Made by a program: the position numbers and the translations under genes | Shown here: one piece after another, positions 55,277-64,000 of the stretch | Layout of the letters: each line of letters opens with the position of its first letter | Numbering within the stretch: position 1 is the first letter of the stretch | NCBI GenBank assembly: GCA_964016885.1 | Contig: OZ024740.1 | Span: 269,886,001-269,950,000 of the forward strand | Direction: 5' to 3' | Length of the DNA stretch: 64,000 bases | DNA from: Eledone cirrhosa | Lineage: Eukaryota | Notes under the pieces: model-generated | What the model saw: the letters and a program-made list of their open reading frames with translations, nothing else | Databases searched by the model: none | What the model was told of the DNA's origin: nothing

Positions 55277-55820
55277 AGGGTGATCCACTGGCACCTATGC
55301 AAAGTAAACAATTTACAACTTTCTGAGAAGTGGTATGAGCATAAGACAGAGTCGGTGATGGAAAACAATCAGGTGAAGCTGCTGTGGGATTTTAGGATAC
55401 AGACGGACAAGAAACTGGAACACAATAGACGTTACCTGGTGGTTTTGGACAAGGAAAAAAGATCGTGCCTGGTTGTGGATGTAACCTGCCCATTCGACAC
55501 AAGAGTGCAAGAGAAGGAGAGGGAAACAATTAACCGATACGAGGACTTAAAGTGGGAGGTAAAAAGGATTTGGAACTGCCATGAAATCAAGGTCGGCCAG
55601 TTGTCATAGGCGCACTAGGTACTATCTCAAAGAGTTTCTAAGGATGGTTAAAGAAAATTGGTCCCGCCCCGCTTTTTGGAACACTTTAAAAGGTATGCTT
55701 GCTGGGAACAGCAAGAACCCTCCGATACGTCCTGAATATCTGAGGCTGCAGGTAGCGGCTTGATATTCATTTCAACAAACTTTCCAGTTAAATAGCATCA
55801 ATGACTGAGACTCAAAGAAC
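55275..55820 (+). mobile_element. Dong/R4-clade RLE retrotransposon 3' fragment inserted in (TAA)n
   Basis: HWHLCK...KWYEHK.ESV.EN..VKLLWDFRIQTD..LEHNR..LVV.DK....VVDV.CPFD...EKE.....YEDLKWE; (TAA)n on both sides. Confidence 0.9.
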
Positions 55821-55838
55821 AATAATAATAATAATAAT

Positions 55839-57510
55839 AATTGTTTCTACTTTAGGCACAAGGCCAGCAATTACCCAGTACATCACTGGTACTTTATTTT
55901 ATCGACCCCGTAAGGGTGAAAGGCAAAGTTAACCTCGGTGGGATTTGAACTCAGACCGTAAAGGGACGTAACTATGCTGGAAAGCATGGCGTCCGACTCT
56001 CTACCGATATTATAATAATATTAATAATGTTTCTACTATGGACACAAGGCCAATAATGACCCTAGTTCATTACTGGTGCTTTATTTTATCGACCCCCTAA
56101 GAATGAAAGGCAAAGTTAACCTGGCGGGATTTGAATTCAGAACGTAAAGGGCCGTAACCCCTATGCTGCAAAGCATGGTGTCTGGCGGTCTACGAATACT
56201 GCCAATCCACCGCTCTATGATAATAATAATAATAATAATAATAATAATATCTTCACAATTAAGGCGAGTACTGCTTGTGTTACTGCTGTTGATGATGGTG
56301 ATGAGGCGGAGGTGGGGAGGAGTATAATGTTATTATGTTGGTTTATACTACAACATGCAAACACACACACATACACACTCACACACAGAAACACAGGCAC
56401 ACACATACACACACAAACACAAGCAATTATCAAAATATTCAGCATACGGTAGCTAGCACAATTCATTGCATACAGATATTTTAGTCAGGTGGATTAAACT
56501 GCCCGACTTTTGCTTGTGGATATTCCAATAGGTTGTGGAAATCATTTTGTAAATTCACCAAAGAGATAATTGATAAAAATATCACACGCAAGCACTTACA
56601 AATGCACGGGCATATTTACAATAGCGACCAGCATCAGCAGTATGAAGAATGTCATCAATAATAATGAAAATACTATAGATAAAAATATATAATCTGATTC
56701 ATTACGAATCCTATGACTACTGAGCGAGAGCAATATACATTGTCAGCAAAGCTGTGTCATTCTATTGAAAAAGATCACCAAAATCGATGTCTAACACAAA
56801 ACCACCCGCAACTATGTTCGTTCATATTAATTCAGATTTCACTCAATGTTTTCATCCCATTTATTTCTTTTATCCAGTGTTGACTGGAAACGGAAAGGCA
56901 TATTTACGAATTGTTAAATATACAGGAAATGACTTGATGATATTTGGCATGATAGTCAGAATAAATCTTTATCATATGCATTATGCGTCTGTCTATAGTA
57001 CAAGATGAGAGGTGGGTAAGTGAAAGCGATCTACACAATGACTAGCGTCATAAAGTTGGTAACATTTGGATGCTGCCTGACGATGATGATGATTATGATA
57101 ATAAAAATTGCTTCTGATTGAGGCGCAAAGCCAACAATTTTGCAGGAGAAGAAAGTCGATTAAATTGACTTTAGTGCGTTACTTGTACTTTATTTTATCC
57201 ATCCCGAAAGAATGAACGGCAAAGATAACCTCAGTGGTATTGTAACTCAGAACGTAAAGCAGCGTACCTATTGCCACGACGCATATTGTCCGACGCTCTA
57301 ACAACACTGCTAATCCACCTTCTTTAGTAATAGTTTCTGATTTAGACACAAGGCTAACAATTTTGAGGGGAGGGGAAATCATTCCCAGTGCATTAGCAGT
57401 GCTTTATCTAATCGGCCCTCTCAGGATGAAAGGTAAATCTAACCTCGGCGAGATTTGAACGCAGAACATAAAGTGACCTAACTATATGATGGAAAGCCTT
57501 TTGTCTCACT
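55839..57510 (-). mobile_element. SINE copies (two at 55839-56213; two degenerate at 57105-57510; another at 55030-55220)
   Basis: Shared SINE body. Confidence 0.75.
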
Positions 57511-59811
57511 TCTTTATATGTATGCATGATACGAGGCATTCCAAATGCTTTAAAATCAGCCAGACTAGCTGATAACAGAGGACCATATTCATATGGTGCA
57601 CTGATTATAATTGACGCTCTATCAGCCTCGTAACTCGATATTCTACCCCTTCCTAATCCTCGACTTTACCCTATGATAACAATAGCACGTTTTTGCCCCA
57701 TTTACCAACCAACTTATTTCTTCCTTCCTCATTTCGTCTGCCACAACCTCACTGTCCACACCTATGCAAATTATATGCATTTTCCCTCAAAAAGCCACAA
57801 AGCCAACAGTCCTCATAGCCCTATATTTCCTGTTTTAACTCCCTCACTAAAATTGCTAATTGTTTCTCCCCAATCCACCATCCATATTAAACAAAACGTA
57901 TTTGCCAATTAGCCTATCCCAACCTCTTTTCACTGAAAAGAATGGCATACTAGCTATCCGACACATTCCCAGCTCTTTAACCAACCTCACTGAACCCTTT
58001 TGGCGATCTAATTCCACCCATAAGCTTGCTATGGCAAGCTCTACGCCTTTTTACCATTCACTTATGTAAATGTATAATGTTTATGTCAATTATATATACC
58101 TATTTATGTGCGTTTGTATGTTAGCGTACTTTTATTTCTGCTTGCGTGTAAGCAGGATTTTCATGTTTATATGCGGATTTGCATATGTACATTCATTTCG
58201 TCAAGACCCTCTTAGAAGTAGTCGATGGAAAAGATTTCTAACTACGAAATGACAGTATTTATTTAATATTTAACTCAGTTCATCGCTTGGAGAGGGCTTG
58301 AATGGGGTTAGCTTGACTTGATGATATCAATACATCTGTTGGTATAGTTAAATATAGTTAATATGAAATTTAGCTGGTTGAGTTTCAAATTTGTGTACTT
58401 TACCACATTAAAGTATTCTATACATATCCTATGTTTGCAATTAAGGTATTGCCTTCCTTAAAATTGTGACGAAAGTGTTTGAAATAGATCATAAATGCTG
58501 AACACATTTTCCTTTCAACAAAACCGTAAAACACTTCACCTCTCCTGCTATATATATTTTGTTTTATTGATATTCATGACTATATGGAAAGTGAAAAGTA
58601 TTAATGTTATCGGTAAAATATCTGGACGATTTAAGAGTATTTTGCTATCTCCTTAACCACCCACTGTCTTCTCTAAAAAAAAGATATTACCTCATCTCTT
58701 GTTATTGTTTCTATGCTTCATTAATTTATTCTTCATCGTTGATGAGCAGCACATGTTTTTCTGGAATTTTCCGTGATATGTCAGACATTGTTTGGCCGTA
58801 TCTTATCTCGTAATCAAGTTTATGCTAATGCCGCAGATGTGTGCTAATGAAAACAAGAAAATACCAACATCGGTAAGGTTAAAAGTAAAATAATTATTCA
58901 TATAAAAGCACTCTTTTTAAAAAGACAGATCCATATAGGATGTATTTGATTAGCATAATTAAATACATCCTATAACATGGCATATTGCAGAAGTAATATA
59001 TGATACTTGAAAAGAAACACTGTTTTTCAATTAAAATTAACACCCAATAAAACACAAAGACGGATATACTTTTGAAAATATATCAAAAGGTTAACATTCT
59101 CTAATGTGCTATTTTCTACTCATCTTAATGATCCACTTTTTCTGTTTTTGCTATATATTTTTGCCTTCTTCGTTGCGTAATTACTATTTCAGCATTTGGC
59201 ATAAAAACATGTTTACGCCAGCTTATAAAAAATAATACAAAAATAATAAAAATAAAATAATCAATCTTAATTTGAAATGCATATTATGCAATATAATCAA
59301 ATATGCAGATTACCAAAAATAAGAAAAAAGAAAGTATATGTCCTTTTCACAAATGAGATTACTCCAATTTAGATTCTAAACTGAATTTCATGTAGCGTAG
59401 AATATCTATACAATCGCTTTATATTTTGCATTTGAAATTATTATTTAGTGAAATTTCATAGATAAAAATGTATCTATTGACCAATAAAATTTATTTTAGA
59501 AAGAATTAGCAATGAACTTCATGTATATTAATCCTAAAAGTTGACAGATAAGTGTTTCTGTTTTTACATCTTACTAAATAGGATTTATTGGAAATCTTTA
59601 CTTCCTATGAGAAATTTAAAAGCATAAACAAGAAAACATCAGAGTAAGTAAAACATAATGACGCTTTTCGTGATAAACTCCTAAAACATTTTAATTAATT
59701 CATTTGTATTTGGCAAAACTAAATGTTATTAAAATCATCTCTTGCTTTTGAAATTTTGAAATTGAAATGTTCAATCGTTCACAAAAACATCCAGGATATA
59801 ATATGTGGTGC

Positions 59812-60926
59812 ATTAGATTGGTGATTGGTATAATAGTAATCATGGGTTTTGTTAATCTGAAAGTCGATAGCTAATTTGGAAATAACTTTACATAACTATG
59901 TTCATGTATTATATAAATTTTTTTAAAATGCAGATTTCGCTATATTTATTTATACTAATGATCTTGTTTTTTCGAGTTATCAAATTACGATTTAACCATA
60001 TAAATTCAAAATGATCGCAATTTCAATCAAAGACTTGACCTTGCAGCAGCCGTCAACTAAAGTACTATTCAGACCTGGTTCGAAAGGTTTCTTACTGGAC
60101 ACGAGAACCTCCTGCAATTGACAGCGACAAGTTGAAATATTTATTGTAGCCGATCCACTTAAAACTTAAGGAGTTGCAGAACTAAATGCTAACCATTCAA
60201 TAACCGTATTCTATCTGCACTGAAGTGGACAGTAAATACGTTCACCGTTACGAATCTTTTGCAATAGAAATATCCATTCCTGCATCATATAATATATATG
60301 ACAAAAAATGTTTTTTTTTATACGACAACTGACAATTTTAGTGCAATTGCTGGACCGATATGAAGGACTAGAAACACTATCACAGCCCGAAGCTACATAA
60401 AAAGAATGTTATAGTCACCCTTTGGTGATCAGCAAGTTCAATCATCTGCCACTAATTTCTGAAACCCAGTTAACCAATCATAGAGTAGTATTGCTAAGGA
60501 ATCGAGAAAATATACAAAACTATATAAAGTTTGTAGCTAGTATTAGTCAATCGAAAACGATCAATTCTTTTCAAAGATAACGCTCGACTACATAGCTCAC
60601 AAATAATTGCAGAAATTGAAAGAAACTAGCTACATAATCCTATCTGATAGACCACTCCGACTATTTACCAATTTCCAGTCATGTCGATAATTTTCTGCCA
60701 AAGGGGTCTTCATCCCCAAAGATGCCTTTCATAACATCTGTGTAGAATTCGTCGATTCCCGGGACTTCAGAATTCTATGCTATAGGAATACGTATACTCC
60801 TGTTAGCAAAAATATGAAAAATTCCCATGGTTAGTTCTTAGCTTAATATAATTTATTCCGAACTGAAATATATTGCATTAAATTTGGTAGTTAAAACCGC
60901 AATAAGTTTTTGATCCAATGAGATAT
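59812..60926 (+). mobile_element. Degenerate full-length mariner (HsMar1-like) DNA transposon
   Basis: QTWFERF..G.ENL, AIDSDKL, ADPLKT, PFLH.I...DKK..YDN, PKLHKKNVIVTLW, LVNRKRSILFKDNAR.H, DNFL, EFYAIGI; decayed TIRs at ~59812-59850 and ~60894-60926. Confidence 0.85.
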
Positions 60927-62081
60927 TGCATTTTATCACATATTGGTAATTCTTTTTCAGCAATCTATATCATCCAGCCGCTGCTGGTTTCTTGTGTTGA
61001 TTTATTTTTGGGGAATAAAAGAAATATGTGTTACAAAAGCAACGTAAAGAAATATGAATGGAAGGGGTAAAGAAGAGGAGAAATGTTTTATACTTTTATT
61101 TAATACATCTTTCTGAGTATATACTGATTGTTTCTATACGGGCAACTAAACATAATGGTCGTTAGGTGTAAATCATACTGCATATACAACCAATATTTTA
61201 CTGGTAGATTTTCTGTTCAACCATGATATTTAAAAAAAGAATTTCAATTCAGGAAAGTTGAGAGTTAAGTACTATTGTCACGTACCACCACAGCAACGGT
61301 TGTAGGGTGGCATTCTGCCATACGATCTATTCGGGTAGCTAATAGCCTCACAGTGAATAATTGGCATGGAAGCATGTATTACGCAGTTCAAATAATCGCA
61401 TCAAGCGATACCTGATCAGAGTAAAACAAAAAAACATCTTTCTAAATTCAATGGAACATCATACGGAACGAGATATGTATATCTCACTGTATATATAAAA
61501 CACGCCAGCCGAAATAATTTTCTGTTTATGCGTAATAACAAATGTATGTTTCTATAGGTAGAAATATATGATATGATTATTAAGTTCCATAAATTTGGCA
61601 ATGCATGACTCTGGAATAATGCACACGTTTAGCTAAGGAAGGATAAATGTCAAGTCGACATCAGTGAAAGAAAAACTGGAAACAACTTTAGCTAAAGTTT
61701 TCTATTCAGGAATTATACTAGGAAATACATGGAATTAAAATAATTAACAAGTAAAAAAGAAACCCAGAAATTCATAAAAATAATAAATTGAAGGAAACAG
61801 ATTAAAATACATGTGATAGTGAGGAAGTGAGAGAGAATGGAACGAAAGGTAGAATGGAACTTTGTGATAGAGTTAGATAAAAAAATAATGGTGCTTGAAT
61901 CTGAGTAAGGGAAAGAATAAGAGATAATAGATGTGTGTGATATGGAAAAATATGATTGTAAAAATACATTAAAAATAAATTCATCTAACTATATCCAATG
62001 ATTGCTATCATTAATTGCTTTAAAAGTTCAAATATATACATACACATATACACACACATGCATACATACATACATTCATAC

Positions 62082-62412
62082 ATGGTGGCTGCCAACTCGT
62101 TTTCGAGTACGGCCACTACTTTATATCCATGTAGGAGAACCCCTACCGATGCGCTGAACGAGTGTGACTTTTTAGTCCAGCCAGCGACTTGAAAACTCTG
62201 GTACAAACACTACACTTGTGACAATTATTGACACTTAGTGCTGGGCCCATGGTATCATGTGACGACAAGTGCAGGGAGATCTCCAGATATAAAGCAATGC
62301 CTGTGCCGTGAAGCTTTTATAGTTAGCAAAGGCACTGCACAAAGCCAGTCCCACTCTCTTAACCAAGATGATATTTACCAAAAAGAAGAACACGTCAACA
62401 TCATTGGATACC
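62082..62412 (-). mobile_element. Truncated non-autonomous RTE-derived element
   Basis: Reverse complement of the 3' half of 51431-52037. Confidence 0.8.
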
Positions 62413-62454
62413 ATTCATACATACAATCATACATACATTCATACATACATACAG

Positions 62455-62810
62455 TTAGTAACTTCCTCAGATCTTCTATAAGCTAGGCTTCACAGAAACA
62501 GAAAGAACACAACTTGTTAGGAAATTACGAGTACAATCCATTAATGGAAAAGTAAAAATATATTAAACATTCCAAAAATGTTGCATCTAATAACTGCATG
62601 TACAGATACAAAGCATGCACACATACAACTCAAAACGTATACATCCACACATACAATAACATCCATACATGCACACACATGCATGCAGACATGCAGACAT
62701 ATCTACCTAGCTGATGTTGTGTAAATTCCAATGAGAGAGTCTTATAACTATGTTAGAACCGACTCTCTCTCTACAGGCAACAATTTGTGAAATTATAAAA
62801 CCAGAACATA
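62455..62810 (+). mobile_element. R4/Dong-like RLE 3' end fragment
   Basis: LGFTETERTQLVRKL..QSING coding end plus a 3' UTR ending ataaaaccagaac. Confidence 0.8.
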
Positions 62811-63152
62811 CAAACATGCCAATCTATTTATTTATATATGTTTTGCTATTTTAAAAATATATTCTGAAATTATTATCCATTATCACGCTCGGAAATTGTA
62901 TTTGAAGGAATAAATATCTTCATATATCTAAGTACAGTATCATCATCCAGATAATCGAAGATTGAATACATAACAATTTTTGCATAATCTCATTCATTTG
63001 AAGACAATACTATGCAAAATTATTACTATCTGATATCCATTTCGATATATGTCGGTTTTCGTATGGCTCAAACTACATGGAATATCACATGTAACAGTGT
63101 AAATAGGATAGCATATAAACTCGTATCATATAGAAATAGAAATCTCAAGCAT

Positions 63153-63203
<51 letters not shown>

Positions 63204-63323
63204 GTTCTTCTTAAATCCTTTGAGTATTAAACTAATACTTTCAATAGACATCATATTTCGTCTTGTTGAATATATTTCGTTACTCAGTATATATCTCTTC
63301 TCTTCTCTCTCTCTCTTTCTCTC

Positions 63324-63356
<33 letters not shown>

Positions 63357-63374
63357 TTCTCTTTATATATATAT

Positions 63375-63682
63375 AAGAAAATGAGTTTTTTTGTTAAATG
63401 AAAAAAAAAACGAGATGTCCTACACGAGGCAAAGTATAAGGAAAGAAATCGAAAATGCAACTGGAGTCTTTTTAAGAATATTTATTTGTTTCCTTTACAG
63501 ATTTCACAGTTCTTATGTTTTTCAAAAGTAGAATTGAGATGGTGGGTTTGTGGTTTTTCTTGCATCTGCTTGGTGTTCGAATGTTATTTTTGTTTTATGT
63601 GGAAAAAAAGGGCTCAAATTGTTTTTTCGTATATATGTGAAATTTGGTTGGTTGATGACAGTAACGTGAATAAGCACATCAG
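63375..63682 (-). mobile_element. Family F PLE terminus, diverged copy
   Basis: Matches 18616-18803 and the 50280-50370 repeat; HHR core again TTGAAAA. Confidence 0.7.
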
Positions 63683-63777
<95 letters not shown>

Positions 63778-63856
63778 ATAATAATAAAATTGAAGACTGA
63801 ATATCCAAAGAGGGCTCGATAAGGATAAATATATATCAAATATGTAAGAACCGTAG

Positions 63857-63997
63857 AGCAAATATTTATTAAGATAACAGATTAAATTTTAAGCAAAGAA
63901 TCGTTGCTTTCACCCTTAACGGGATCTTCTAAAACTCCCGTTGAGGGTAAAAGCAGCGATTCTTTGCTTAAACTTTAATCTGTTATTTTAATAAATA
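63857..63997. repeat. Family B fold-back (Naiad terminus) with HHR-like motif
   Basis: Minus arm reads tagaaga t ccc gttaa ggg t GAAA gc; plus arm begins at tccc. Confidence 0.85.
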
Positions 63998-64000
63998 TAT

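Overview
AT-rich, microsatellite-saturated eukaryotic DNA, almost entirely transposon-derived. The SINE and repeat make-up suggests a cephalopod such as an octopus (inference only). Most short ORFs in the track are translations of (AT)n/(CA)n/(TACA)n repeats. The one long real ORF (28238-31582, +) is a Penelope-like retroelement (PLE) RT + GIY-YIG protein with an in-frame Asn-rich insert, preceded by a ~1.2 kb inverted copy of its own 3' end. Other relics are further PLEs (a related copy, Naiad-type, Neptune-type), RTE LINEs (one 5'-inverted), R4/Dong-type RLE elements, a mariner, a Tigger/pogo, a non-autonomous Helitron and many tRNA-derived SINEs. The most striking pattern is about a dozen fold-back units sitting in (AT)n tracts. 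Many carry hand-foldable minimal type I hammerhead ribozymes, and two unrelated ones have a non-canonical U3-A8 core (18837-18874 and 45726-45820). Weak evidence points to a minus-strand host gene (candidate exons 39285-39440 and 35566-35641). All folds and family calls were made by eye; many coordinates are approximate.
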